Assembly (NCBI GenBank): GCA_963843145.1
Contig: CAWJJC010000020.1
Span: forward strand, 544,001 to 608,000
Source: an uncultured delta proteobacterium
GTDB lineage: Bacteria; Desulfobacterota; RBG-13-43-22
Direction: 5' to 3'
DNA length: 64,000 nt
Made by a program: the position numbers and the translations under genes. Of this stretch, positions 50,414 to 60,954 are shown piece after piece. The number at the start of each line of letters is the position of its first letter. The stretch's first letter is position 1. The notes below the pieces were generated by a model. The model saw nothing but the letters and a program-made list of their open reading frames with translations, was not told the DNA's origin and searched no databases.

Positions 50414-51187
50414 ACACCCAATCAAAAGGGCTGCAATTTTCTTTACTTATCCATGCGGCCGTGATCCTGGCGGTGTTCGGCCTCAGTACGCTGGCTGATC
50501 GTCGTAAGCCGATACTCATTGATTTTAATCTGGAACAACCCGCTCCCTCCGCCGCAAAGGTAGGCCCGGCCACACCTTCCCCCGGGAAAAAAGTTCAAAA
50601 GGTCCTCTCAAAAATAATTTCCAATCCCCCTCGAAAAGAATATATTCCGGCAAATCCTAAGCCCGTTATCCAAGAGGAAGTTAAATCCGTCGCCCCCTTC
50701 GAGACGCCGAAGGTGGCCGATTCGTCCCTCACCGGGGTCCATTCGACCTCGGATTTAACCGTTCCGGTGGACCAGCCGGGAGATCCGCGGGTCACGGGAA
50801 GGTTGGGAAAACCAAACGATTTGACAGGCGGCGCCGGTAAAGCCGATCTACCTGGCCGGGGTCCGGGCGGCGGAGGCGGATCCGTGGACCTCCCCAGCAA
50901 TGAAATGATTAGAAACCGGTACTTGGCCGAACACTTTACCTTCATCCGAGACAAGATCTTGAAACATGTCTATTACCCGGTCTCTGCCCGCCGGCTGGGC
51001 TGGCAGGGGAAAGTGGTAATCTCCTTCATAATCAGTTCAAACGGGTCAATCACAGAGGCGCGAGTAGCCCAGGGTTCGGGGCACAACATTCTGGATCAGA
51101 GCGCCCTAGCGGCCTTAAAGGAAAAGCGCTCCGTTTCCCCGTCCGCCTTTGGAAGCCCAGATTGTACTGCCGGTGGTTTACCGGTAA
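50410..51187 (+). CDS. tonB: TonB energy transducer (C-terminal frameshift)
   Basis: SLLIHA TM helix, Pro-rich linker, YPVSARRLGWQGKV...SGHNILDQSAL. Confidence 0.82.
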
Positions 51188-51211
51188 GAATAAAAGTGAA
51201 GGAGATTCATT

Positions 51212-51920
51212 ATGAAGATCCCTCGATGCGCCTTGGCCGTGGCGGCTCACCCCGACGATCTGGAGTTCAGTTGCGCCGGGACTTTGGCCCTCTGGGCTAA
51301 ACAGGGGACCCAAGCTTGTTTTTCTGATCTGTACCAGCGGGGAAGCGGGTTTCGACCTGCCAAACCTGAGCCGGGAGGAGCGGATGGCTATTCGGGAAGG
51401 GGAGCAGCGGGCCGCGGCCGAGATTCTGGGAGTCCACGAAGTGGTCTTTCTTCGGGAACCGGACGGCCTGCTCCAGCCCACTTTGGAACTGCGCCGAAAG
51501 ATCGTCCGGGAGATCCGGCGATTTCAGCCGGAGGCGGTGGTCTGCTGGGATCCCTCCTTATTGTTGATCAATGCGTCCATGGTAAACCACCCCGATCATC
51601 GTGCGGCCGCCCAGGCGGCCGTCGAGGCTGTTTTCCCTCCTCCGGGTTGCTTTATCTGTATGAGGATTTTTCGGCCGAAGGCCTGAAACCTGGGACCCGG
51701 ATCTCCTTTTCATGGTTAGCTTTGACGGCGGTGACACCTTCACGGATATAGGAGAAACGATAGACCTTAAAATCGCCGCCCTGAAAAAACATCAGAGTCA
51801 GGTGCGGATTGGGACCCGGGGCCATTTCTCCGGCGGGCGGCCGAACGGCAGGGGAAGGCCAGGGGGATAAACTATGCCGAGTCGTTCCAGGTAATTCAGT
51901 TACACAAACCCATGGCTTGA
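51212..51920 (+). pseudogene. PIG-L/LmbE-family deacetylase, multiply frameshifted
   Basis: AAHPDDLEF; REGEQRAAAEILGV; NHPDHRAA; KIAALKKHQSQ in successive frames. Confidence 0.8.
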
Positions 51921-52037
51921 AAGAAGTCCGAATCCGGGAAACCGTCAGGTGAGGTAAGAATCAAATATCCGGAAAAGGGCCTTTGTTTTTTGTTTTTTGT
52001 TGACAAAAAAGGGTTTTCAATATAAACAGATCATAAA

Positions 52038-52200
52038 AATAAAGGTGCCCTTTCGGGCTTAAAAGGGAAGACGGTTTCAGTCCGTCACGGTCCCGCCGCT
52101 GTATCCGGGGACGAATTCCACAACAGCCACTTTCCTCCTCAGGCGGTTGGGAAGGCGTGGAAAGTAGAAAGATCCGGGAGTCAGAAGACCTGCCTTTGTC
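52038..52200 (+). ncRNA. Cobalamin riboswitch
   Basis: AAAGGTGCCC...AAAAGGGAAGACGG...CCCGCCGCTGT...GCCACT...GGGAAGGC...GAGTCAGAAGACCTGCC B12 box. Confidence 0.95.
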
Positions 52201-52261
52201 GAAGAATCCAAAGCCCGTGGACGCAGGGGTTCGACTTTAAGGATCAAGGAAGCTGGGTGCC

Positions 52262-52302
52262 ATCCTTAAGTTCAGAAACTGGACTTAAGGATTTTTTATT
52301 TT
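52262..52302 (+). terminator. Riboswitch-associated intrinsic terminator
   Basis: ATCCTTAAGT/ACTTAAGGAT stem followed by a T tract, just before cobU. Confidence 0.75.
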
Positions 52303-52842
52303 GGAACCGATCAATCAGCAAGCCCGACTAACCCTAATTACCGGCCCGGCCAGGAGCGGCAAAACGCGACTCGCTGTTCAATGGGCCTGCGGCTTCCCTC
52401 CACCCGCGCCTATATCGCCACCGCTCCCGCCATGGACGAAGAGATGGCAGAGCGCATCCATCGTCATCAGCAGGACCGGGGGGAGGCCTTTCAGACTTTG
52501 GAAGAACCCCTGGCCCTTGCTTCACTGCTCCGAAAAATCTCCGGCCAATTCTCTATTCTCATCATCGACTGTTTAACCCTCTGGATGAGCAACCTGTTGG
52601 GCCATGGAGAGGGGGCATCGGCTGACTTCACTGAACAAGTCCACGGGTTTTTACAAATTATTAAAACCTATCCCGATCCCCTGTTGCTTATCGGCAATGA
52701 AGTGGGCTGGGGCATCGTTCCCGAAAACCCCTTGGCCCGCAGGTATCGAGATGAGATCGGCCGCCTGCACCAGGAAATCGGCCGCCTGGCCGATCAGGTG
52801 ATTTTAATGGTGGCCGGCATTCCTCTGGTGATTAAGAAATGA
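52301..52842 (+). CDS. cobU: Adenosylcobinamide kinase/cobinamide-phosphate guanylyltransferase (frameshift near 52400)
   Basis: LITGPARSGKT; YIATA...DEEMAERIHRHQQDR; DCLTLWMSN; NEVGWGIVP. Confidence 0.9.
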
Positions 52843-52907
52843 ACCACCACTTTTTTTAAATAGGACGATTAAGGAGCTGGTGATGAAAAAGTAAACCTCT
52901 ATAAATA

Positions 52908-53053
52908 TTTGCCGGATTCAGGAAGTCTGGATAAGCCAGCACTGCCCCGCAACTGTCGACAGAACGAAATCCCAATAGGCCACTGCCCGCTTCAGGCGGG
53001 TGGGAAGGTGGGGAGAGTAGGGCGCTGTCAGTCAGGAGACTGGTCCGGCAAAA
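52908..53053 (+). ncRNA. Cobalamin riboswitch (second; compact 5' end)
   Basis: P1 TTTGCCGGA/TCCGGCAAA; AGGAAGTCTGG...GCCCCGCAACTGT...GCCACTG...GGGAAGGT...AGTCAGGAGACTGG. Confidence 0.85.
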
Positions 53054-53086
53054 AAACAACATTCTTTCGAGGGAAAGGAGAAAAAG

Positions 53087-55084
53087 ATGAAAAAAAGTTG
53101 GGTTGGATGTTTGGGGGTGGGGATGCTATTTCTTGGCCTGGAAACAGGCTGGGCGGATTCGACACCGGTTCAGATGGAGGAGATCGTGGTTACGGCTACT
53201 CGGACCAGAGAAGAAATAAAATCCGTCCCCAATGCCGTCACGGTGATCGGCCCCCAGGAAATCGCGGCCTCTTCGGCCCGCAACGTGGGGGAACTGCTGA
53301 GCGGCGCGCTGTCGGTTGAGGTTGACGGGTACGGTCCCCTGGGATCCGCCCAATCGGCCAGCATCCGGGGTTCCAGTACCTCCCAAGTTTTGGTCATGGT
53401 CGACGGTCGCCCGACCAATTCCATCACCTTCGGGTCGGCTGATCTCAGTGAAATCCCCATCGAGTGGGTGGAACGGGTGGAAATCGTTAAAGGCCCGACT
53501 TCCCATCTCTACGGCGCCAACGCGCTGGGGGGGGTGATCAATATTATCACCAAAAATCCCCCGGCCAAGCCCTCTCTGCAAGCCGGCCTGTCCTACGGCA
53601 GTTTTAATACTCAGACCTACCAGGCCTCCCACGGCCAGACTCTCGACCGTTTTGGTTATCTATTCACCGGAGCGTACAAAACATCGGATGGTTTTCGGGA
53701 TAATTCCGCCTATGAAGGGAAAGATTTTTCTTCTAAATTATCGTATCAGGCCCTGGATCGGTTGTCTTTAAGTCTGCTGACTACGGTCCACCAGGATGGG
53801 TTGGGCGTTCCCGGACCTAAACCCCAGGCCGGGACGATCCCTGTTTTTGGAAACAGCCAGGTTACCAGCCTCTACGATCATCAGGATAACCATTTGTTTA
53901 ATAATAATTTAAAGCTGAATTGGGAGACCAGCGAGGTTCTGCAGCTAAGCGGACAAATCTACCAGGATTGGCGTGAATTGAAATACCGCCAGCGGTACGC
54001 GATTATGATGTCCTCCTCTGAAGAGCAGGATACCTATAGGGCCAATATCTGGGGCAGCAATTTAATGTTGCTCTGGAGCCTGCCCTACCAAAACAAACTC
54101 ACGCTGGGAGGGGATTACCGCCATGAGGATCTGGAGGGGGAGACGAAGACCACTACCATGGGTACAGGCCTGACGGTCCCCAACCAATGGAAACCGGACA
54201 ACACCCTCTGGGGTTTATTTGCTCAAGACCAGTGGCAGGTCCTACCGATGCTTCGCGTCAGCGGCGGGGTGCGCTATGATAACACCTCGCGCTATGGTTC
54301 TGAAACCAGCCCGGATTTGGGTCTGGTATATTCCCCTTTTAAAGAAACGCAAATTAAGGGCCATTACGGCAAGGCCTTCCGGGCTCCCACCTTCAATGAC
54401 TTGTTCTGGCCCGGTTCGGGGAACAGCAACCTTAAACCGGAGAAAGGGACCTCGTATGAAATAACCTGGGATCAGGGCCTTAAGGATCAAAAAGCCGCAC
54501 TGACCCTCGGGGTTTTTCGCTGGGAGGTCACCGACAAGATCGAGTGGGTCCCCGATGCCGCCGGCAACTGGCAGCCTCAAAATGTGAACGAACAAAATAC
54601 CTGGGGAGGCGAACTGGGGATCCAATGGAATCCAATCCGGGATTGGTCCTTGTCCTTCGGTTATACCTACCTGGAGGCTGCCCAGAAAAACAAGGAAGTT
54701 CAGGACGCCTTGACCAATACGACGGCAACGGTGGAACGACGGGCGTCCAGTGTTCCCCGACACCAGGTTCGCCTGACCCTGGGTACCGAGCTTCCCTGGG
54801 GGACCAAAGCCTTTTTGACGGGGAGATATGTGGGGGATCGGGTATTCTATTATAGCGACTACACTGATTTTCCGCTGGTACGGCAAAAAGAAAAAACATT
54901 GGCGGCTTATTACACGGTAGATTTGAAATTTAGTCATCTTTTTGGCCGGCACTGGAAAGGGACCTTGTCCTTATTAAATCTGACGAACCAAAGTTACGAC
55001 GCTCAACCGGGGACCAGCTTTCTTGACCAGAACTACCCGGCGCCGGGGATATCCGTCACTGCCGGCCTGACGTACAATTTCTAG
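53087..55084 (+). CDS. btuB: TonB-dependent cobalamin receptor (BtuB-like)
   Basis: EEIVVTATR, IRGS...VLVMVDG, ERVEIVKGPTSHLYG, RAPTFNDL; directly downstream of a B12 riboswitch. Confidence 0.85.
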   Translation: MKKSWVGCLGVGMLFLGLETGWADSTPVQMEEIVVTATRTREEIKSVPNAVTVIGPQEIAASSARNVGELLSGALSVEVDGYGPLGSAQSASIRGSSTSQVLVMVDGRPTNSITFGSADLSEIPIEWVERVEIVKGPTSHLYGANALGGVINIITKNPPAKPSLQAGLSYGSFNTQTYQASHGQTLDRFGYLFTGAYKTSDGFRDNSAYEGKDFSSKLSYQALDRLSLSLLTTVHQDGLGVPGPKPQAGTIPVFGNSQVTSLYDHQDNHLFNNNLKLNWETSEVLQLSGQIYQDWRELKYRQRYAIMMSSSEEQDTYRANIWGSNLMLLWSLPYQNKLTLGGDYRHEDLEGETKTTTMGTGLTVPNQWKPDNTLWGLFAQDQWQVLPMLRVSGGVRYDNTSRYGSETSPDLGLVYSPFKETQIKGHYGKAFRAPTFNDLFWPGSGNSNLKPEKGTSYEITWDQGLKDQKAALTLGVFRWEVTDKIEWVPDAAGNWQPQNVNEQNTWGGELGIQWNPIRDWSLSFGYTYLEAAQKNKEVQDALTNTTATVERRASSVPRHQVRLTLGTELPWGTKAFLTGRYVGDRVFYYSDYTDFPLVRQKEKTLAAYYTVDLKFSHLFGRHWKGTLSLLNLTNQSYDAQPGTSFLDQNYPAPGISVTAGLTYNF

Positions 55085-55087
55085 GGG

Positions 55088-56032
55088 ATGGGGCGGTTTC
55101 CTATAGTCCGCCTTCCGGTATCGATGCAACTTCTTCATAGAAAAACAGCAAAAGGGTTATTGATTTTTGGCCTTCTGGGAGGGTTGGTTTTCCCCGGATT
55201 CCTCCAGGCGGAACCCGCGCTGGAGACCTTTAATCAAAAGGTCCTCCCGGCCCATTACCAGCGCATCGTTTCCCTGGCGCCCAGCATTACCGAGATCCTC
55301 TACACCCTGGGCCTAGGCCCTCGAGTAGTCGGGGTAACCCAGCACTGCAATTTTCCCCCCGAGGCCATGTCCAAACCCAGGGTGGGGAGTTATGTGGATC
55401 TCAATCTGGAAAAAATCCTATCCTTAAAACCGGATTTGATCATCGCTACCGCCGATGGAAATGAGCCGGAGGCCGTGACCCGGCTCGTCCGGTTTGGGGT
55501 TCCGGTTTTTTTGACCAACCCCAAAAACTTGGAGGAAGTCTTTGAGACCATCAAGGAAATAGGTCGGATTACCCTGGCCGGAAGGGAGGCCGGGTTGGTA
55601 GTCGACTCGCTTCGTCAAAGAGCGGATCGCCTGATACAGGCCTGTGCCCCTTTAACCCGCCCTAAAGTTTTTTTGCAGATCAACGAACAACCCTTGATGA
55701 CGGTGGGGAAAGACACCTTTCACAACAACCTGATAACACTCGCCGCCGGACGCAACATCAGCGGCGAAGAAACCATCAAGTACCCCACCTACAGCCTGGA
55801 GCAGGTCCTGCAGAAGAAACCGGAGGTCATTTTAATTACCTCCATGGAGCGGGGTGCCGTGGCGGAAAAGAAAAAAGAACGCTGGAGGCAATGGAATCAA
55901 ATCCCGGCGGTTAAACAGGGGAGAATTTTTCTCCTGGATTCCGATTTCCTGGATCGGCCTTCGCCCCGTCTGGTCGACGGGCTGGAGTCTCTGGCCCGGG
56001 CCATTCACCCGGAATTGAAAAATTGGAAGTGA
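55088..56032 (+). CDS. btuF: Cobalamin ABC substrate-binding protein
   Basis: RIVSLAPSITEIL, VGVTQHCNFP, DRPSPRLVDGLE. Confidence 0.85.
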   Translation: MGRFPIVRLPVSMQLLHRKTAKGLLIFGLLGGLVFPGFLQAEPALETFNQKVLPAHYQRIVSLAPSITEILYTLGLGPRVVGVTQHCNFPPEAMSKPRVGSYVDLNLEKILSLKPDLIIATADGNEPEAVTRLVRFGVPVFLTNPKNLEEVFETIKEIGRITLAGREAGLVVDSLRQRADRLIQACAPLTRPKVFLQINEQPLMTVGKDTFHNNLITLAAGRNISGEETIKYPTYSLEQVLQKKPEVILITSMERGAVAEKKKERWRQWNQIPAVKQGRIFLLDSDFLDRPSPRLVDGLESLARAIHPELKNWK

Positions 56033-56041
56033 GGATTTGTT

Positions 56042-57027
56042 TTGTTAACGCTCAAAAAGCTGGTCCTGGTTTTGAGCGCGCTGACCCTCCTGCTCGCCGG
56101 GGCTTTGGGGTTGGGGCTGACCCTCGGCTCGGTCCGGATCTCCCTCGGTGGGTTTGGGTTTGGACAGCGATGGGATCCCACATCCCGGGCTATTCTGATG
56201 GATCTCCGCCTGCCCCGGGTACTGCTGGCCGGGGTAGTGGGTTGGGCCCTATCCCTGGGCGGGGTGGTTTTTCAGGCCCTGATGCGTAATCCGCTGGCTG
56301 AACCTTTTTTACTGGGGATCTCCAGCGGGGCGGCCCTGGGGGCGGTGGCCGGCATTATTCTTGGGGTTGTGTTTTGGGGCGGCTTGCCCATGATGGCCTT
56401 TTTAGGGGCCCTGTTGACCATCACGCTGGTATTGGCCGTGGCCCAGCAGGATCGGACCATTGACTCCAATACCCTGATATTAACCGGCGTGATCGTCAAT
56501 GCCTTTTTTGCGTCCCTGATCATGGTGGCCCTGGCCACCTCGGCCGGCGAAAAGATGCATTCCCTGCTGTACTGGCTGTATGGAGATCTGAGCCGGGGAC
56601 AATTTCGTGATTTGCTTTTTTTGGTCCCGGTGATCGGCGTCTGCTCCGTCCTTCTTTTCGGAGGAGCCCGGGCCTTCAACCTGATCGCCGCCGGGGAAGA
56701 AACGGCCTCGCAATTAGGGGTCAATGTGGAAGGACTGAAGTGGTTTTCGTTGATCCTGGTGTCCTTGATGTGTGGGATTACCGTGGCTTTCAGCGGCATC
56801 ATCGGCTTTGTCGGATTGGTTGTTCCCCACCTGGTGCGGCTGGCCTTTGGTCCGGATCACCGTCTGCTGCTGCCGGCCTCAGGACTTTTCGGGGCCTCCT
56901 TTCTGATCAGCGCCGATCTGCTGGCCCGGACCGTCATTTCGCCCAACGAACTTCCGGTGGGGGTAATTACCTCTTTTCTGGGGCCCCCTTTTTCCTTTAT
57001 TTGCTTTTTTTGCGGAGGAGAAAATGA
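56042..57027 (+). CDS. btuC: Cobalamin ABC permease (C-terminal frameshift)
   Basis: LRLPRV, QALMRNPLAEP, GIIGFVGLVVPH, ELPVGVIT; tail GAPFFLYLL in the next frame ending at 57027. Confidence 0.85.
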
Positions 57028-57821
57028 AGCCTTTAATCCGCTTAAACAATGTAGGTTACCGTTATAATCACCAGTGGGTGGTTCAGGGAGTTGATTTTTC
57101 GTTGTTCCCCGGAGAGCTGGTGGGATTGATCGGCCCCAACGGTTCCGGCAAGACCACCCTGTTGAAGCTCATGGATCATCTCCTGGATCCCAAGGAAGGA
57201 AGCGTGGTCTGGGAAGGGGACCCGCTGGAAAATTTTTCGCGGGCTCAAATCGCCCAGCGCCTGGCGTTGGTTTCCCAGGATCCTTCCTTCGTCTTCTCAC
57301 CAACCGTTTTGGAAGTGGTCCTGATGGGGCGGTCCCCTTACTTGAAACGTTTCCAACTGGAAGGCCCCCGTGACCTGGCCTTGGCCGAAAGGTCCCTGGA
57401 GCAAACCCAGGTTGAACACTTGAAAAAAAGGCGGCTCGAAGCGTTGTCCAGCGGGGAGCGCCAAAGGGTCTTTATCGCTCGCGCGCTCTGCCAGGAGCCC
57501 CGGTTATTGCTCCTGGATGAACCTACGGCTTTTCTGGATATCAAACACCAGGTCAAGATCATGGATCTCCTCCTGGAGCTCAACCAGCGACAGCGGTTGA
57601 CGATTTTAATCGCCTCTCATGATATCAACCTGGCGGCCCAATATTGTCAGCGGCTGATTTTATTGCGCGGCGGGCGGATTCAGGGGATGGGTCATCCCCG
57701 GGAGGTCATTGAAGAGGCCTTGATTCACGAGGTTTTTGATACCCCGGTGACGGTGGACCGGAACCCTTTCACCGGCACGCCGAGAATTACTTTAGTTGGC
57801 GGACGGGAGGCGGAGGTTTAG
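57024..57821 (+). CDS. btuD: Cobalamin ABC ATP-binding protein
   Basis: GPNGSGKTT, LSSGERQRVFIARALCQEP, LLDEPT, HDINLA. Confidence 0.85.
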   Translation: MKPLIRLNNVGYRYNHQWVVQGVDFSLFPGELVGLIGPNGSGKTTLLKLMDHLLDPKEGSVVWEGDPLENFSRAQIAQRLALVSQDPSFVFSPTVLEVVLMGRSPYLKRFQLEGPRDLALAERSLEQTQVEHLKKRRLEALSSGERQRVFIARALCQEPRLLLLDEPTAFLDIKHQVKIMDLLLELNQRQRLTILIASHDINLAAQYCQRLILLRGGRIQGMGHPREVIEEALIHEVFDTPVTVDRNPFTGTPRITLVGGREAEV

Positions 57822-57981
57822 TCGCTTTTTGAAAAACCTATTTTTAGCTGCCGGTCCAGCCAAGAACGAAGATAGGAAAACCACAACCTGGCTTCTCCTC
57901 ACGGGTGAGGGGTTTGGAATTTGTCCGGCCGGGGAAGAAGTTTATCCCCCTGAGGCGCCATTGGACACCCTCCGCGCAGCC

Positions 57982-58791
57982 ATGAAGGATGAAGTTCTAC
58001 TCACGGCAATGGGACCAAGGGGTCATTTTTGTGGGCCCCCCAGGAAATTTTGGATGTCCTTCTTGGGGGCCATCCTGTTCCATGGGGTTCTTTTTGGTCT
58101 CTTTATTTTTACCCGACCCTGGTCGGAGTCAAAGGAAATACAGGTTAATCCACCTCAGATTATTGCGGTTTCCTTAACCACTTGGCTATCCTCCCCCTCC
58201 GACGGTCACCCGGCGCCATTAAAGGCCGCTCCTGAAAAATTCAAAGCCCCCCTAAGGGAAAGGGCTTCCCTTCCAGCCGTGGTTCCTGAACCTGAACCGG
58301 GAGCCCGCGTTGAGGAGCAACCAGCCGCCTCTCTTGAATTCAAAGAGGAAAAACCATCAGCCGGCAGGTCCAGGGCTGTTCAGTTCAATCAGGGGACCAG
58401 TTCGTCCGGCCCATTTATAAACAGCGGGCCGGGAAACCCATCCACGACTCAAGAGGTTGGACAAGGTGGGGAAACCCGGACAAATTCGTGGCCGGGGAAG
58501 AGGACTGAAACCGGGTCGGTGATGGCTATTCCCCGTTATGGGCAAAATCAGTCTCCAGTTTATCCAATCATGGCTCGGGAACAGGGTTGGCAAGGGACCA
58601 GTCTTTTGAGGGTTCTGGTTCTATTAAACGGTTCAGTGGGCAAGGCGGAAATCGTCAAATCCTCCGGGTTTACTATTCTGGATCAGGCCGCCCTTCGCGG
58701 AATAAATGATTGGAAATTTGTTCCCGGGAAAAAAGACGGACAACCCATCGAAATGTGGGTCCAGATTCAAATTTCTTTCCGTTTGGAATGA
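57982..58791 (+). CDS. tonB: TonB energy transducer (start uncertain)
   Basis: AILFHG TM helix; YPIMAREQGWQG...SSGFTILDQAAL...WKFVPG. Confidence 0.85.
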   Translation: MKDEVLLTAMGPRGHFCGPPRKFWMSFLGAILFHGVLFGLFIFTRPWSESKEIQVNPPQIIAVSLTTWLSSPSDGHPAPLKAAPEKFKAPLRERASLPAVVPEPEPGARVEEQPAASLEFKEEKPSAGRSRAVQFNQGTSSSGPFINSGPGNPSTTQEVGQGGETRTNSWPGKRTETGSVMAIPRYGQNQSPVYPIMAREQGWQGTSLLRVLVLLNGSVGKAEIVKSSGFTILDQAALRGINDWKFVPGKKDGQPIEMWVQIQISFRLE

Positions 58792-58957
58792 ATTAAAAGC
58801 GAATTCCGGAGTGATTTTTTTTCAAAAGGAGGCGGGTCCACCTACTGGAGAGAGCCTGGTCCCGCGAACTGCCCCTGGATATCCTTCCGGTCTACCTCCC
58901 AGATACCGACCCCTTAACCGGCGTTACCTAAAAAGGCCCCGGCGTCAGCCAGGCTGA

Positions 58958-59251
58958 CTATCCCCCTGAAAGCGGTATATGGATATCGATAATGTCCTGG
59001 TTTTCCAGGACCTGATCAAATCCGGCCACCTTATGGTTGACAAAGACATGGAGAAAAAGATCGGACCAGTTTTCGGGCGCGCCGATGGAAGGAAGCCCTA
59101 ACAGCACCTCTTGAACGGTTGTCCCGGCTTCCAATTCCAGTATTAAGTCTCCGTTTCGATCAAATTGCGAGTTAAAGGCCTCGGTATTGCCTATCGCGAA
59201 AGTAGTATTGATTTTTACCTTAATGGGATGGTTTTTCATTCGGCTGTCCAT
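58958..59251 (-). CDS. MoaD/ThiS-family sulfur carrier
   Basis: Ubiquitin-like size; FVNHK...LENQDIIDI...SGG C-terminus. Confidence 0.8.
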   Translation of the reverse strand: MDSRMKNHPIKVKINTTFAIGNTEAFNSQFDRNGDLILELEAGTTVQEVLLGLPSIGAPENWSDLFLHVFVNHKVAGFDQVLENQDIIDIHIPLSGG

Positions 59252-59527
59252 TGATAATCGTTTAAAAACGCTCTTTTTCTATAACATGTAATACTCCTTC
59301 CGTTCCAAAGCAAGTTCTTTTAATTCCCCTTGCCCGGGGCGGTCACCCCGAAGCCTGAAAATAAAAGGAGCGATATAATAACCTAATAATCAATTGTTAA
59401 TTCTTAACTATTAATAAATGCCTTGTTGTGCCGGGTTCTATTTTCGTATTAACCAGGGGGATGTCAGCTGAGCCAAGACGAAGATCATCCCGGATAACCC
59501 GGGGATTGCGGAAGGGGGAAAAAACCA

Positions 59528-59569
59528 TTGCTTTGAGGTCGGTCTTCGTCTATATTCACATTATGAATA
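59528..59569 (+). promoter_or_regulatory. Sigma70 promoter for a leaderless transcript with an overlapping palindromic operator
   Basis: TTGCTT-N17-TATATT-N6-ATG; TATTCA-N5-TGAATA palindrome (59553-59569) covers the -10 box and ATG. Confidence 0.65.
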
Positions 59570-60120
59570 GTCACAAAAAAAATATTAAACCGGCCGAACG
59601 GGATCGCAACCCGGCCGAATACCTCATCCTGGGCGTCCTGTCCAGCGGAGAGCAACACGGGTATGATCTGTATCAGCACCTGGAAGAAAATTTAGGCCGG
59701 ATCTGGACCCTGGGCCGCAGCCAAACCTATGCGCTGCTTTCACGGATGGAGCAAGCGGGACTAGTGGCCCATAAACGCCAGGCCCAGGAAAAACGGCCGG
59801 ACCGAAAAAACTTTTCCCTTACCCCGGCAGGAAAAAAACTATACACCCATTGGGTGAAAGCCCCGGTGGATCATATCAGGGACCTGCGCTTGGCGTTCCT
59901 GGCCAAAATTTACTTTTTGGAAAAAAAGGATCGAAAATCGGCGGAAAAACTGATCCAGGCCCAGCAGGCCGTTTGTCGCGACAAACTGTCCCGTTTGGAA
60001 GACAGGGCAAGGTCGGCCGGGTCCGTTATGGAGCAGCTTACCTCTGACTTCCGCCAATCTCAGGCACGGGCGGCTTTGGACTGGCTGGAGGGTCTCCAAA
60101 AGAAAATGGGAAAGGAATGA
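59563..60120 (+). CDS. PadR-family transcriptional regulator
   Basis: ILGVLSSGEQHGYDL...SQTYALLSRMEQAGLV...RPDRKNFSLTPAGK, with a C-terminal helical domain. Confidence 0.88.
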   Translation: MNSHKKNIKPAERDRNPAEYLILGVLSSGEQHGYDLYQHLEENLGRIWTLGRSQTYALLSRMEQAGLVAHKRQAQEKRPDRKNFSLTPAGKKLYTHWVKAPVDHIRDLRLAFLAKIYFLEKKDRKSAEKLIQAQQAVCRDKLSRLEDRARSAGSVMEQLTSDFRQSQARAALDWLEGLQKKMGKE

Positions 60121-60951
60121 AAGGAATGTCGCGAAAAAACCAGGCAGATCATTCTGAGCGAAGGGAAGAATCCCCTATATGGTTAAAGGGGCTTTTCGTA
60201 TTTATGGTGTTTACCCTGACCTTGACCTTTCCGGTCCAAGCCCAGGAGGTCACCGTTTCAGCCGCCATCAGTTTGAAAGATGCCTTTACTGAATTGGGAA
60301 AATCATTTGAAGGCCGGCAAAAAGGGAGCCGGGTGCAATTCAACTTCGGGGCCTCGGGGGACCTGGTTCGGCAGATTATAGGCGGGGCCCCGGTGGATGT
60401 CTTTGCCTCGGCCGGGCTAAAAGAAATGGATGAACTGGAGCGAAAAGGCTTTACGGCTCCCGGGACGCGGGTGAACTTCGCCGGGAATACCGTAGTGCTG
60501 GCTGTCCCGGCGGCAGCACATTTTCCCCTGGAGGAATTTTCCGACCGTCCCGACCGGAAAAGGTCAAAAAAATCGCCATCGGCAACCCGGCAGACCGTCC
60601 CGGCCGGGAGATACGCCGAGCAGGTTTTAAGAAATCTGAAGCTCTGGGAAGCCTCTGAAAGACAAGCTGGTTTTCGCTGAAAATGTCCGCCAGGGCCTGG
60701 ATTATGTGGCGCGGGGCGAGGTCGACGCGGGCTTGGTCTATGCCACCGATGCCGCAACCCGTGCCAGGGACCTGAAGAAGGTCTTTCCGGCCCCCGAGGG
60801 GAGCCACCAACCGGTGGTCTATCCGATTGCCGTTGTCAAGGGTTCTAAAAACGAAGGCCCGGCTCGGGCCTTTATCGCCTGGGTAATTTCCTCCGAGGGG
60901 AAACACATCCTCGAACGGTACGGATTCAAAACCCTGGCGGACAAAAAATAA
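60117..60951 (+). CDS. modA: Molybdate ABC substrate-binding protein (frameshifted)
   Basis: VSAAISLKDA, NFGASGDL, GAPVDVFASA, VPAGRYA, GEVDAGLVYATDA. Confidence 0.9.
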
Positions 60952-60954
60952 ATC

